A stretch of 64,000 nt of DNA from Longimicrobiales bacterium (GCA_965208935.1 CBDBPR010000003.1:91877-155876); one strand, 5' to 3'; shown: positions 52,321 to 61,977, counted from the first letter of the stretch. Notes: generated by a model from the letters alone, not told the origin. Translations and numbers: made by a program.

Positions 52321-53484
52321 CTACGCTGGCCGGGATCCCTCTATCCGCTCGCGAAGCGTTGCGATCTCCCACAACGGCACCACCGTGATACGCTCGCTGA
52401 CCGGATAGGCTCGCGGCGCGGGACAAACTACGAACAGGTGATCGACCTCCAGCGCATCCGCCGCGGCCCGGGTCATGCGCGAAACGGATGGCGACTCGCT
52501 GAACTTGATCTCGAATCCCGTCCACCGGCCGTCGACGTTGGCCAGCAAGTCCAGCTCCCCGCCCCGGTGCGCGGCCCAGAACCATGCATCGGCCGGACGC
52601 AGGACGCGCAGTAGCTGCTCAATCACGAACCCCTCCCACGAAGCTCCGACGCGCGGATGCGAGAGCAGCGCCGCATCGTGGGGGATACCCAGCAGCGTGT
52701 GAAGCAGGCCCGTGTCGCGCAGGTAGACTTTGGGTGCCTTGACCTGACGCTTGGAGATGTTGTGAAACCACGGCTGCAGCTGCCGGACCATGAAGGTGCC
52801 GGTCAGCAGATCCAGATAACGACGCACCGTCTTGTCGGACAGCGACAGCGCACGTCCCAGGTTGGACGCGTTCCATGTCTGGCCGTGCGAATGCGCGAGC
52901 ATGGTCCAGAAGCGCCGCATCGCCGCGGACGGAATGGAAATCCCGAGCTGGGGCACGTCCCGTTCCAGGAACGTGCTGACGAACGAATCCCGCCAGGCCC
53001 GACTGTCATCGTCCGACGCCGCCAGATAGGATCGAGGAAAGCCTCCGCGCAACCAGAGGTCGCGCCAGTGCGACATACCGATCTCTTCCAGGCCGAAGCC
53101 GCTCATCTCGATGAGTTCCACCCGCCCGGCCAGCGACTCCGAGACGCCGCGCACCAGGTCCGGCGCCGCGCTGCCCAGGATCAGAAACCGTGTCCGCGAA
53201 TCCGGCCGGTCCACCAACACCCGAAGAGCCGAGAAGAGCTTCGGCATCCGCTGGATTTCGTCCAGCACGACCAGTCCATCCAGGGATCCCAGTACGAGCT
53301 CGGGATTGGCCAGTCGGCGGACATCCGGCTCTGACTCCAGGTCGAAGCGCGTCGCCTCCCGCCCAGCGGCGAACTGCCGCGCCAGCGTGGTTTTCCCACA
53401 CTGTCGCGGCCCAAGCAGCGCGGTGACGGGAGCGCGCGCTGTGGAGATTTCCAGCCGCCGGAGATAATCGGGTCGTGCAAGCAT
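52321..53484 (-). CDS. AAA+ ATPase with DUF4143 domain (COG1373-like)
   Basis: LLGPRQCGKTTLARQF Walker A, VVLDEIQRMP Walker B, and the C-terminal GGELDLL...FEIKFS pattern. Confidence 0.85.
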   Translation of the reverse strand: MLARPDYLRRLEISTARAPVTALLGPRQCGKTTLARQFAAGREATRFDLESEPDVRRLANPELVLGSLDGLVVLDEIQRMPKLFSALRVLVDRPDSRTRFLILGSAAPDLVRGVSESLAGRVELIEMSGFGLEEIGMSHWRDLWLRGGFPRSYLAASDDDSRAWRDSFVSTFLERDVPQLGISIPSAAMRRFWTMLAHSHGQTWNASNLGRALSLSDKTVRRYLDLLTGTFMVRQLQPWFHNISKRQVKAPKVYLRDTGLLHTLLGIPHDAALLSHPRVGASWEGFVIEQLLRVLRPADAWFWAAHRGGELDLLANVDGRWTGFEIKFSESPSVSRMTRAAADALEVDHLFVVCPAPRAYPVSERITVVPLWEIATLRERIEGSRPA

Positions 53485-53640
53485 AACCCCAAACTAATGT
53501 GAAAACTCGGAATGCGCATCCGAATTTTCCCGAGATATGTCACTGATGGCGCCCTTGACCTGCGTTTGCCGTCCGCGCAAGGATGGGAGTGCTGTTGCGG
53601 CCAAGTGGTGATCGGATGACTTCTCGCCGCTCACCGGATA

Positions 53641-54861
53641 GTGGACCCTGACCCGGAACTGACCTTGCCTCGCCCAACTTCGGTTGTCGGTCTGCTTCTC
53701 CTTTCCGCCCTGCCCTTTCTGCCGTCCTGCGAGTACAGCGAGGACGGGCCGCCCCTCGTCGTCCAGCGCGATAGCGCCGGCATCGAGATCGTCGAGGCCA
53801 TGCGGCCGCTCTGGGGCGACTCGAGTCTCTGGAACATCGATCCGGATCCTGTCGTCGACCTGACGCTTTCCGGCACCGGTCCGGCCCACGAGTTCCATCG
53901 GGCCCACAGCATGAGTCAACGCCCGGACGGCTCGCTCATGATTGCCGACGGGAGCTCCAGGGAAGTGCGGGTGTTCTCCGCCAACGGCGAGTTCCTGGGG
54001 TCGTTCGGGGGGAGCGGCGACGGTCCCGGCGAATTCAGAAGCCTGCGGCGGATCGAGAACGCGGGCGATACCGTGCTGGCCCTCGGCCGCGGACGCGTCA
54101 CCGTGGCCGCCCACGATCTGACCCTTGTGAGGACCTTCAACATCGATCGCTGGACGATCGACCTGCACCACCTTGGCGGGGGCCGGATCCTGCCGGAGCT
54201 ATCCAGGCCGGTGTTGCCCATGGATGGCCTCGCCGGCCCGGTTCGGCGTCCGGAACCTCTCGTACTCCTCGATTTGGAGGGGACCCGGATCGACAGTGTC
54301 GGCCAGATGCCGGGAGCCGAGGTGTACGTGCTCGTCCGCGACGGCTCGTATGTCGGGGCCGCGCCGCACTTTTTCGGCAAACGATCTCACGTCGCTGCCC
54401 TGGGCCGGCACATCCTGCTGGGTTCCTCCGACAAGATGCAACTGGAGGAAATGGACCTGTCCGGGAATGTCGTGCGTGTCCTCCGAATCCCCGATTATCC
54501 TCTGGACCTGAGCGATGCCCAGATCGCCTCGGAGCGGGACTTCGTGCTCGACAGACTAACGCCTGGAAACCCCTTGCGGGCGCCCTTCGAAGCTGCTCCC
54601 GCTTCGGAGACCCGACCCGCCTTCACCGAAATCCTCGTGGACCCGTCCGCAGCAATCTGGCTGGAACTCCACCGGGCACAGAGCGAGGAGGACCCGTCCG
54701 AGGACTGGCTGGTGCTGGACGCCGATGGTACCTGGCTCGGGACCGTCCAGATACCGGATCGCTTCAGCGTGTCTGCCATCACCATGGAGGCTGTGCTCGG
54801 GGTGTGGAGGGACGAACTCGATGTTGAGCATCCCCAGGTCCTGCGACTGACGAGGAACTAA
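53641..54861 (+). CDS. 6-bladed beta-propeller family lipoprotein, paralog 4
   Basis: GTG start. Lipobox in VVGLLLLSALPFLPSC. FGGSGDGPGEFRS motif. The C-terminal DWLVLDADGTWLGTVQIPDRF...VLGVWRDELDVEHPQVLRL is the family tail. Confidence 0.75.
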   Translation: MDPDPELTLPRPTSVVGLLLLSALPFLPSCEYSEDGPPLVVQRDSAGIEIVEAMRPLWGDSSLWNIDPDPVVDLTLSGTGPAHEFHRAHSMSQRPDGSLMIADGSSREVRVFSANGEFLGSFGGSGDGPGEFRSLRRIENAGDTVLALGRGRVTVAAHDLTLVRTFNIDRWTIDLHHLGGGRILPELSRPVLPMDGLAGPVRRPEPLVLLDLEGTRIDSVGQMPGAEVYVLVRDGSYVGAAPHFFGKRSHVAALGRHILLGSSDKMQLEEMDLSGNVVRVLRIPDYPLDLSDAQIASERDFVLDRLTPGNPLRAPFEAAPASETRPAFTEILVDPSAAIWLELHRAQSEEDPSEDWLVLDADGTWLGTVQIPDRFSVSAITMEAVLGVWRDELDVEHPQVLRLTRN

Positions 54862-56456
54862 CTCACCGGCCTCCGCACCGGCCCCCTCAGCCACCGCCCC
54901 GGCTTCTCGCCCGTCAGCCCGCCACTACGGATCACCGGCACCCCGTTCACCAGGAGGTCGTTGATCCCCACGCTGTACTGGTGCGGGTCCGAGAACGTCG
55001 CGCGGTCCGCGATCACGTCCGGGTCGAACACCGCGACATCCGCGCGCATCCCCTCGGCAATCACGCCCATGTCCTCGCGCCCCAGCCACCGCGCCGGCAT
55101 CGAGGTCATCTTCATCACGGCCTCCTCCAGCGTGATAACGCCCAACTCGCGCACATACCTGGCAAGAACCCGCGGGAACGCGCCATAGCTGCGCGGGTGC
55201 GGGTAGCCGATCCCGTAGCCGACCGCGTCGCCGTCGGTCTCGATCATCGCGAGCGGGTGCTGCATGATCCGGATCACGTCCCCCTCGTCCATGGCGTGGT
55301 AGATCGCGCTGAAGCCGCCCTGCAACTGCAGCTCGATCGCGAGCTGAATCCCCGTCTCCAGGTCGTTCGGCAGACCCCTGTCGGCCGCGTAGTCGGCCAG
55401 CGTCCTGCCGTTGTACGACTCGTCGGAGCCGAGCACCCGGAACTGGATCCGTGACATGTCGGCGCCGACCCGGTCGGTCATGATGATGCGCCGCATGTCC
55501 TCCTCCATGCGCGCCCGCGTCTCGGCGTCGGCAACCCGGGCCGCGAAGTCCTCGGGACCGCCGGCCAGCGCCCACTGCGGGAACAGGATGGCGGAACTCG
55601 TACTCGAGGCCGCGTACGGATACAGGTCGTGCGTGACGGTCAGCCCGGCCGCGTTGGCCGAGTCGATCATCGCCAGACTCCTCTCACTCCAGCCCCACTG
55701 CCCCGCTCCAGAGGCCTTATGGTGATTGATCTGGGCCGGAATATCCGCTTCCTCCGCGATCCGGATTACTTCGGCCACCGACTCCAGCAGCCCGCTCGCC
55801 TCGTTGCGCATGTGGCTCACGTAGATGCCGCCGTGCGCCGACGCCACCTTCGCCAGCTCGATGACCTCCTCGGTCTCCGCGAAGTTGGCGGGCACGTACA
55901 GCAGCCCCGTCGAAAGGCCCAGCGCCCCCTCGCGCATCGACTGGTCGACCAGCGCCCGCATCTCGTCGAGTTCGGCGGGCGTGGGCGCGCGATTCTCCAT
56001 GCCCATCACCTGCTTGCGCGTCCAGGTATGGCCCGCGAAGAACCCCACATTCGGCGCCATCGTCAGCCCCGAGGCGAACTCCTCCAGCGGCCAGGGCTGG
56101 TCTCCGGAGTGCAGCGACACGATCAGCGAGGTGATCCCCTGCCGCAGGAAGTTCTCGGCCAGCGGGTATTCGGCGATCGTCTGCTGGACGTGCGAGTGGT
56201 TGTCGATGAACCCAGGCGTGACGACCTGGCCGGTGGCATCGATTACCGTGGCCGCCAGGGACGGGTCAATGGGTTCCTGGGACACAAGCGCGATGCGTCC
56301 GTCGACAACGGCGACATCGGCACGGAACCGGTCGGCCCCGGTGCCGTCCACGACGGTACCTCCGGTGATCAGCACATCGTAGGTCTGGGCCGAGACGGGC
56401 GCGCCCGGCGCGGCGGCGAGGATCAGGGCGAGAATGGGGGCGAGTGAGGGTCGCAT
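54858..56456 (-). CDS. N-acyl-D-amino-acid deacylase (D-aminoacylase), second paralog, secreted
   Basis: ATG 56456 gives MRPSLAPILALILAAAPGAPVSA. YDVLITGGTVVDGTG, PGFIDNHSH, YVSHMRNE, and ADVAVFDP...LLVNGVPV. Confidence 0.85.
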   Translation of the reverse strand: MRPSLAPILALILAAAPGAPVSAQTYDVLITGGTVVDGTGADRFRADVAVVDGRIALVSQEPIDPSLAATVIDATGQVVTPGFIDNHSHVQQTIAEYPLAENFLRQGITSLIVSLHSGDQPWPLEEFASGLTMAPNVGFFAGHTWTRKQVMGMENRAPTPAELDEMRALVDQSMREGALGLSTGLLYVPANFAETEEVIELAKVASAHGGIYVSHMRNEASGLLESVAEVIRIAEEADIPAQINHHKASGAGQWGWSERSLAMIDSANAAGLTVTHDLYPYAASSTSSAILFPQWALAGGPEDFAARVADAETRARMEEDMRRIIMTDRVGADMSRIQFRVLGSDESYNGRTLADYAADRGLPNDLETGIQLAIELQLQGGFSAIYHAMDEGDVIRIMQHPLAMIETDGDAVGYGIGYPHPRSYGAFPRVLARYVRELGVITLEEAVMKMTSMPARWLGREDMGVIAEGMRADVAVFDPDVIADRATFSDPHQYSVGINDLLVNGVPVIRSGGLTGEKPGRWLRGPVRRPVS

Positions 56457-56493
56457 GCGTTCTCCCGGGAGTTCAAGCCAGTAGGACGATTCC

Positions 56494-56532
56494 TGTAAAC
56501 TCAGGATTACATATTGTAAATCCGAGTTTACA
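56494..56532. promoter_or_regulatory. Nested AT-rich palindrome in the divergent D-aminoacylase / xthA intergenic region (candidate operator overlapping the xthA promoter)
   Basis: TGTAAACTC-AGGA-TTACA-TAT-TGTAA-ATCC-GAGTTTACA has perfect 9-bp outer arms and 5-bp inner arms. A possible -35 ATTACA and -10 TACATT end only ~8 nt before the xthA ATG at 56542, which would give a near-leaderless mRNA. Confidence 0.4.
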
Positions 56533-56541
56533 TTTCCAGCC

Positions 56542-57324
56542 ATGCGAATCGCCACCTGGAACGTGAACTCGGTCAAGGCGCGGCGGGCGCGGCTCATCCA
56601 GTGGCTGCGCGACCACCGCCCCGACGCCCTCTGCCTCCAGGAACTCAAGACCACCGACGAGGCCTACCCCGCGGATGCAGTGCAGGACGAGGGCTACGAG
56701 TCGGCCGTGCTCGGGCAGCGGGCCTACAACGGCGTCGCCCTCCTGAGCCCGCATCCGATCACCCAGGTCCAACGGGGGATGGACGGCGACGATGCGGAAG
56801 ACACTCAGGCGCGCCTGATCGGCGGCCGCGTGAACGGAGTCACGGTGTATTCGGCGTACTTCCCCAACGGACGCACGGTCGGCTCCGAGTCGTACGCGTA
56901 CAAGCTGGCGTGGATGGGACGGCTTCTGGAGCTGCTGGAGAGCCGCCACGACCCGAACGACGCCGTCGTGCTGACCGGCGACTTCAACGTCGCCCCCGAC
57001 GACCAGGACGCCGAAAACCCCGAGCGGTGGGCGGCGAGCGTCCTGTGCCACGCCGATGTGCGCGAGGCGCTCGAGCGCATCCGCGACTGGGGACTGGTCG
57101 ACGTGGTCCGGAAGCACCACCCCCAGGGCGGCCTCTACAGTTGGTGGGACTACCGGCGCCTCGCGTTCCCCCGCAACGACGGCCTGCGGATCGATCACAT
57201 CTTCGCCACGCTGCCGGTGGCGGAGGCGTCGACCGGCGCATGGGTGGACCGCGACCAGCGGAAGGGCAAGAAGACCGACATCCCTTCGGACCACGCGCCG
57301 GTGGTGGCCGACTTCGACCTCTGA
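56542..57324 (+). CDS. xthA: Exodeoxyribonuclease III
   Basis: MRIATWNVNSVKAR...LCLQELK...YFPNG...GDFNVAP...WWDYR...RIDHI...SDHAPV are the canonical EEP/ExoIII motifs. Confidence 0.9.
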   Translation: MRIATWNVNSVKARRARLIQWLRDHRPDALCLQELKTTDEAYPADAVQDEGYESAVLGQRAYNGVALLSPHPITQVQRGMDGDDAEDTQARLIGGRVNGVTVYSAYFPNGRTVGSESYAYKLAWMGRLLELLESRHDPNDAVVLTGDFNVAPDDQDAENPERWAASVLCHADVREALERIRDWGLVDVVRKHHPQGGLYSWWDYRRLAFPRNDGLRIDHIFATLPVAEASTGAWVDRDQRKGKKTDIPSDHAPVVADFDL

Positions 57325-57446
57325 CGGGGTTCGACCTCCGCCTGGAGGCTTCCGCCGCCGCCCAAACCGGAACTTCCAGTGGCGCCAGATGTATACACCT
57401 CTGTACATTCCCAAAGCACATTCCAGAGACGGAAGGGAGAGCAGCC

Positions 57447-58091
57447 GTGACCACACGCCGCGCCAGAGACCGCCAGCACAAGCGAATCGTTGGTGTGGGC
57501 CTCGTGGTTTCGCTTGCCCTCCACGCAGTGCTGCTCGCGGGCCTCGACTTCGTAGTCCCCGATACCGAGGCCACGGTCGGGGCCGCCGAAGCGAACGCGG
57601 ACGCGCCGCTCGAGTTTGTCTCGATGGAGTTGGTGAACATCGAAGAAGTCGAACCGGTACCCGAAGAGCCGATGATTGCCGACGACCGGCTGGTCGTGGC
57701 CGACCCGGCGCCCGACCAGGTCGCGGACGCCCCCGCCGGCGACCCGACCCCCGCAGGACCCGCCCAGGGCGCACCCGCCAGCCTGGCGACCGGTGCACCC
57801 CCTCCGGCGGCCGCTCCCTCTGCCGCAGACCTCATAGCCACGCTCGAACGCCAGTCGGACGTCGCCCTGGCCATGCGCCCGCAGTTCGTCGCGCAGCGAG
57901 GTGTGCCGGGCGCCCTCGACGCCATCGACGCCATCGATGCGCACGCGGGCCACGATCACGACGAGGAAGAGGGCGACAACCAGGAGAGCTGGTGGAGGCG
58001 CCTCGGGGTCCCGCTGGGTAGCGGCGGCACGAAGATCTGCAAGCCGGCCCGTCCGCCCGTGGTCGTTCACAAGGCCGCGGTTACGCCGTAG
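57447..58091 (+). CDS. Hypothetical membrane-anchored Pro/Ala-rich protein
   Basis: GTG 57447 follows GGAAGGGAGA. One TM segment (IVGVGLVVSLALHAVLLAGL), a Pro/Ala-rich linker and an acidic/His patch HAGHDHDEEEGDNQE. Only the N-terminal layout is TonB-like. I recognise no C-terminal TonB domain. Confidence 0.5.
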   Translation: MTTRRARDRQHKRIVGVGLVVSLALHAVLLAGLDFVVPDTEATVGAAEANADAPLEFVSMELVNIEEVEPVPEEPMIADDRLVVADPAPDQVADAPAGDPTPAGPAQGAPASLATGAPPPAAAPSAADLIATLERQSDVALAMRPQFVAQRGVPGALDAIDAIDAHAGHDHDEEEGDNQESWWRRLGVPLGSGGTKICKPARPPVVVHKAAVTP

Positions 58092-58092
58092 C

Positions 58093-59004
58093 TCAAACCC
58101 CTCCCGGCGGTCGTCTGCGCGACTCGAGGTCCTCCAGTCTCCGAGGCCAGTCCCGCCGCAGCAGTCGCGAAAGGGCGCGGTCCGCAAGCAGCTTCCCACC
58201 CGTCTGGCACGTCGGACAGTAGTTCGTCTCGCGGGTCGCGTAGACGATCCGCTGGATGGGAGTCCCGCACTGGTCGCACGGTTCGCAGTACTTGCCGTGC
58301 GCGGCCATCGCGGGGTGAAACGCCGTCACCTTGGCGGGGAAGTCCTCGCCAGCCTCCTCGATCAGCCTCTTCGACCACTCGGTGAGCGAGGCGCGTGCCG
58401 CCGACCGGAGCCGCTCCACCTCTTCATCGCTAAGCCGCGAAGTGAGTTGCACCGGCGAAAGACGGGCCCGCAAGAGAATCTCGTCCGAGTGCGCGTTGCC
58501 GATCCCGGACAGGATGCGCGCATCGGTCAGCGCCCGCTTCAGCGTACGGTTCTCACGCCGGATCGCGGCCGCAAACTCATCGGACCCGGCCTCCAGCGGC
58601 TCGATGCCCCCAGGATCGTGCTCCAGCAGCGCCTCCCTCCCCCGCACCAGGTGAAGCGACGCCCGCTTGTGCGAACTCGCCTCGGTCAGGAGCAGGCTGC
58701 CGTGGCCGAAATCGAACGCCGCGTGACCCCGTTTGCGCGGAATCGCCACACCCGCATCCCGCCATTGAAAGCGCCCCGAGATCATCAGGTGGATGACGGC
58801 GAAGAGATCGTCATCCAGGCCGAACACCACCCGCTTTCCGAGCCTGGACAGGCCACGCACGACCTTGCCGTGCACCTCGCTCGCCGGGGGATCCCAGGTC
58901 TTGAGGAGTGAGGGCGACCGTATTCGCAAGCGCTCGATCGTCTCGCCCACGACCCTTGGACGCAAGGCATGAAGGTAGAGGCTGACCTCAGGCAGTTCAG
59001 GCAC
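58093..59004 (-). CDS. Fpg/Nei family DNA glycosylase
   Basis: N-terminal MPELPEV, H2TH region, and a C-terminal zinc finger CEPCDQCGTPIQR...YCPTCQ. Confidence 0.85.
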   Translation of the reverse strand: MPELPEVSLYLHALRPRVVGETIERLRIRSPSLLKTWDPPASEVHGKVVRGLSRLGKRVVFGLDDDLFAVIHLMISGRFQWRDAGVAIPRKRGHAAFDFGHGSLLLTEASSHKRASLHLVRGREALLEHDPGGIEPLEAGSDEFAAAIRRENRTLKRALTDARILSGIGNAHSDEILLRARLSPVQLTSRLSDEEVERLRSAARASLTEWSKRLIEEAGEDFPAKVTAFHPAMAAHGKYCEPCDQCGTPIQRIVYATRETNYCPTCQTGGKLLADRALSRLLRRDWPRRLEDLESRRRPPGGV

Positions 59005-60016
59005 CGTGCAAGCCCCGGTTCAGGTCGTACTGCATGATCCGTCCGTGCGGCCCCGTCCGGTCGCGCTCGACTTCGTAGACCCCGCCCGCAACCGTGTCCG
59101 GAACGGCCGCTTCGAGGCGGGCGACATCGGCCGGACGGAGTCGCACGCCGGCAACATCCAGATCCGGACCGCGCCGGCTGAGACCGACGATGACCGCGCC
59201 GACGGCGGGCTGGGCGAGCACATAGGCAGCTGCCGCCTCCGCCATGGACACCCCCGCACGCCCCGCGACGGCGCAGAGCTCCGCACGGGCGCGTTCCAGC
59301 GCCCGCAGGCCACCGACCTCGTCCACGATCAGCCGGTATTTGCGCAGCGAACGGTTGTCAGCCGGGTCCGGCGCGCCGGACCCGCCCGGCCCGTCCGCGA
59401 GGAGCCCGCCCGCCAGCGTCCCGTAGCAGAGGAGCGAGACCCCGCGCTCACGACAGATCCCCGCGAGGCCCTTGAGCGGCCGCCGGTCGAGCAGCGAGAA
59501 CTGGATCTGGTTGGCCACCACGGGGATGCCCGCGTCCAGCAGCGTGCACAGCGCCCGGCTGCCGAAGTTGGTGACGCCCACGTGCCGCACGACGCCCTCG
59601 TCCTGCAGTTCGGCGAGCCACTCGGCCGCGCGGACCCAACCCGGGACGCCGAAGTCCCACCAGTGGAGCTGGACGAGGTCCAGTGTATCGGCGCGAAGGC
59701 GCTCGCGGGATCGCTCCACGACAAGCCGGACGTAGGTTCGGTCGAGGGAGGGAAGCGACTCCAGGTCCGGCACGAACTTGGTGTGCACGACGACCCTCCC
59801 GGCGTGCGCCGGCCGCGCCGCCATCCAGTCCCCCAGCAGTCTCTCGACGCCCGTGTAGATGTCGGCACCGTCGAGGACGAGGGGACCGGGCCTCTCGGCC
59901 ACACGGTCGAGCGCGGCGAAGGCGGTGCTACGGTCCCAGCCGGATCCGTGGCCGCGGGCGAGCTGCCAGCACCCGTGGATCAGGCGCGAGGACGGTGGCG
60001 TCCAGGCCGGCGTCAC
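58997..60016 (-). CDS. Aldo/keto reductase
   Basis: LIHGCWQL...DGADIYTG...HTKF...VGVTNF...NQIQFSLLD. Start is GTG 60016 or TTG 60025 (TTGA overlap with the upstream stop). Its stop overlaps the Fpg start by 8 nt. Confidence 0.8.
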   Translation of the reverse strand: MTPAWTPPSSRLIHGCWQLARGHGSGWDRSTAFAALDRVAERPGPLVLDGADIYTGVERLLGDWMAARPAHAGRVVVHTKFVPDLESLPSLDRTYVRLVVERSRERLRADTLDLVQLHWWDFGVPGWVRAAEWLAELQDEGVVRHVGVTNFGSRALCTLLDAGIPVVANQIQFSLLDRRPLKGLAGICRERGVSLLCYGTLAGGLLADGPGGSGAPDPADNRSLRKYRLIVDEVGGLRALERARAELCAVAGRAGVSMAEAAAAYVLAQPAVGAVIVGLSRRGPDLDVAGVRLRPADVARLEAAVPDTVAGGVYEVERDRTGPHGRIMQYDLNRGLHGA

Positions 60017-60021
60017 CGTCT

Positions 60022-60396
60022 TCAAGGTGCGAGCGGCACCCGCGTCACCTCGCTGTGCCGGAACGTCGATGTCCCGGTGCGCAGAATGCGGAAACGGGCG
60101 CCGCACAGCGGATCCGGACACGCGACTTCCATGTCCGTCGTCATCCAGTCGTGAGCGTGCGTCGGTCGCTGCTTGGCGGGCAGGAGGGGCAGCAGCGCCG
60201 CGAGGGGATAGATGGGGAAGCTCTGTCCTGGCGGAAGCGACAGGTTTTCGCCCCGAAGTTCGAAGTAGTCCCCCGGACGGTGATTGCAGACCATGTCCTG
60301 CTCGGCCCCGACGACTTCGACCCGCAGGTCGTACAGCTCGAAGGCGTCGCTTTCGGTAGCGTGCGAATCGGCCAAGTCTTCACCTCGTGCGTTCAT
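60022..60396 (-). CDS. TIGR04076 family protein
   Basis: MVCNHRPGDYFELRGENLSLPPGQSFPIYPLAALLPLLPAKQR...VACPDPLCGARFRILR matches my memory of the TIGR04076 pattern. Function is unknown. Confidence 0.65.
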   Translation of the reverse strand: MNARGEDLADSHATESDAFELYDLRVEVVGAEQDMVCNHRPGDYFELRGENLSLPPGQSFPIYPLAALLPLLPAKQRPTHAHDWMTTDMEVACPDPLCGARFRILRTGTSTFRHSEVTRVPLAP

Positions 60397-60519
60397 GCGT
60401 TAGCCTTGTCTGGCGCGGCCGACATCCCGGCGGCAGGATTGCAGGGCGCCGCCCCCGATGATACACCATCTCGCAACCACCCGCGCTTCGACGACCGGAC
60501 CCGACCCGCCCCACCAACC

Positions 60520-61974
60520 TTGAATCCCCAACCCGACCCCGTCCCGGGCCCCCGCCCGGCCACCCCTCTCCGCTTCCGAGGCGGGCTGGCCGCCGCCGCC
60601 CTTCCCATCGCGGTTTTCGTGGCCGGGGCGGCCTGGCTGGGGTTTTCCGGCGCCCCCGACGAACGCGGCCTCTGGCCCGTGCTCCTCGCGGCCATCGGGG
60701 TCGGGCTCGTGCTGGCCAGACGCGCAGCCGACTACGGCGCGGCGGTCATCCGCGGCATGTCGCGCCCCATCGTCATGCTGATGGTGATGGCGTGGCTGTT
60801 GGCGGGGGTGTTCTCGGTGCTCCTCCGCGAGTCGGGCCTCGTCCACGCCCTGGTGTGGGCGGGCGGAGAACTGGGCGTGCGCGGCGGCGGGTTCGTCCTG
60901 CTGGCCTTCCTCATCGCCGTGCTGTTTTCGACGGCCACCGGCACCAGTCTGGGCACGATTCTCATCTGCGCGCCCCTGCTCTACCCGGCCGCCGGCGTCC
61001 TCGAAGCAAATCCGACGCTGCTCATCGGCGCGATCCTCGCAGGCGCCACCTTCGGCGACAACGTCTCGCCGGTGTCGGACACGACCATCGCCTCGGCGAG
61101 CAGCCAGCGGGCGCCCATGGGCGGTGTCGTCCGCAGCCGGCTCCGCTATGCGCTCCCGGCCGCGGCCGCCACCGCCCTCGTCCTGTTCGCGCTGGGCGGC
61201 GCCGACACCCCTCCCGGCGCGGCCCTCGCGACAATCTCCGCCGCCCCCGCCGGACCCGGACAACCCGGCACGCTGACCGGCAGTCCCGCCGCCCTCCCCA
61301 TGCTGCTCGCCCCGCTGGCCACCTTCCTCATGCTGTGGCGAGGCCGCGGCCTGGTGGAGAGCCTGTTCGCGGGGGTCGCGGCCGCCGTTGTTGTCGCACT
61401 GGTAGCCGATCTGGTCGCGTTTTCCGACCTGATCCACGTGGACACCGACGCATTCCGCGCCGAAGGCCTCATCCTGGACGGGATGGAGAGCGCGGTCGGG
61501 ATCGTCGTCTTCACCATCCTGCTCATGGGTATCGTGGGCGGCGTGCAGGAGGCGGGAGTCCTGGAACGCCTGGTGCGCGACGAGGGCGCCGCGAGCGAGT
61601 CCCCGCGCCGGGCCGAGCTGCGCATCTTCGGGGTGACCAGCGTGGCGGTGATCGTGACCACCCACTCGGTCATGGCCATCCTCGCCGTCGGCGATCTCGT
61701 GAGGAAGTCCGGCGGGCGCGCAGGCATCGGTCGCTTCCGCCGGGCCAACCTTCTTGACATGACCGTGTGTACCTACCCCTTCCTTTTCCCCTTCTTCATC
61801 CCCACCCTCCTTGCGTCATCCGCGACCGGATCCGGCGCCGCCTTCGGCGTGCCCAGAGTGACCGCGCTCGACGCCGGACTGGCGAATCCCTACTCCTGGG
61901 CGCTCCTCGCCGTGATCCTCGCGGCGATCCTGACCGGCTGGGGACGCACGGAATTACCAACCAGAGAACCATAG
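60520..61974 (+). CDS. Na+/H+ antiporter NhaC family membrane protein
   Basis: About 11-12 TM segments. FSTATGTSLGTILICAPLLYP and GDNVSPVSDTTIASAS are NhaC-type motifs. The start is uncertain: TTG 60520 was chosen because the earlier part of the track ORF is antisense to three supported genes. Confidence 0.75.
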   Translation: MNPQPDPVPGPRPATPLRFRGGLAAAALPIAVFVAGAAWLGFSGAPDERGLWPVLLAAIGVGLVLARRAADYGAAVIRGMSRPIVMLMVMAWLLAGVFSVLLRESGLVHALVWAGGELGVRGGGFVLLAFLIAVLFSTATGTSLGTILICAPLLYPAAGVLEANPTLLIGAILAGATFGDNVSPVSDTTIASASSQRAPMGGVVRSRLRYALPAAAATALVLFALGGADTPPGAALATISAAPAGPGQPGTLTGSPAALPMLLAPLATFLMLWRGRGLVESLFAGVAAAVVVALVADLVAFSDLIHVDTDAFRAEGLILDGMESAVGIVVFTILLMGIVGGVQEAGVLERLVRDEGAASESPRRAELRIFGVTSVAVIVTTHSVMAILAVGDLVRKSGGRAGIGRFRRANLLDMTVCTYPFLFPFFIPTLLASSATGSGAAFGVPRVTALDAGLANPYSWALLAVILAAILTGWGRTELPTREP

Positions 61975-61977
61975 ATC

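Noticed and set aside
53512-53619. A 35-codon ORF (MRIRIFPRYVTDGALDLRLPSAQGWECCCGQVVIG) upstream of propeller paralog 4 as a third Cys-peptide.
   Set aside because: It has no signal peptide, no SD and no similarity to the CX3CH/CX4C peptides. It lies in the AT-richer divergent promoter region.
59683-60519. The N-terminal 280 aa of track ORF 59683..61974 would extend the NhaC-family protein.
   Set aside because: It is antisense to the supported AKR and TIGR04076 genes and is Arg/Pro-rich. The membrane protein sequence only begins after ~60520.
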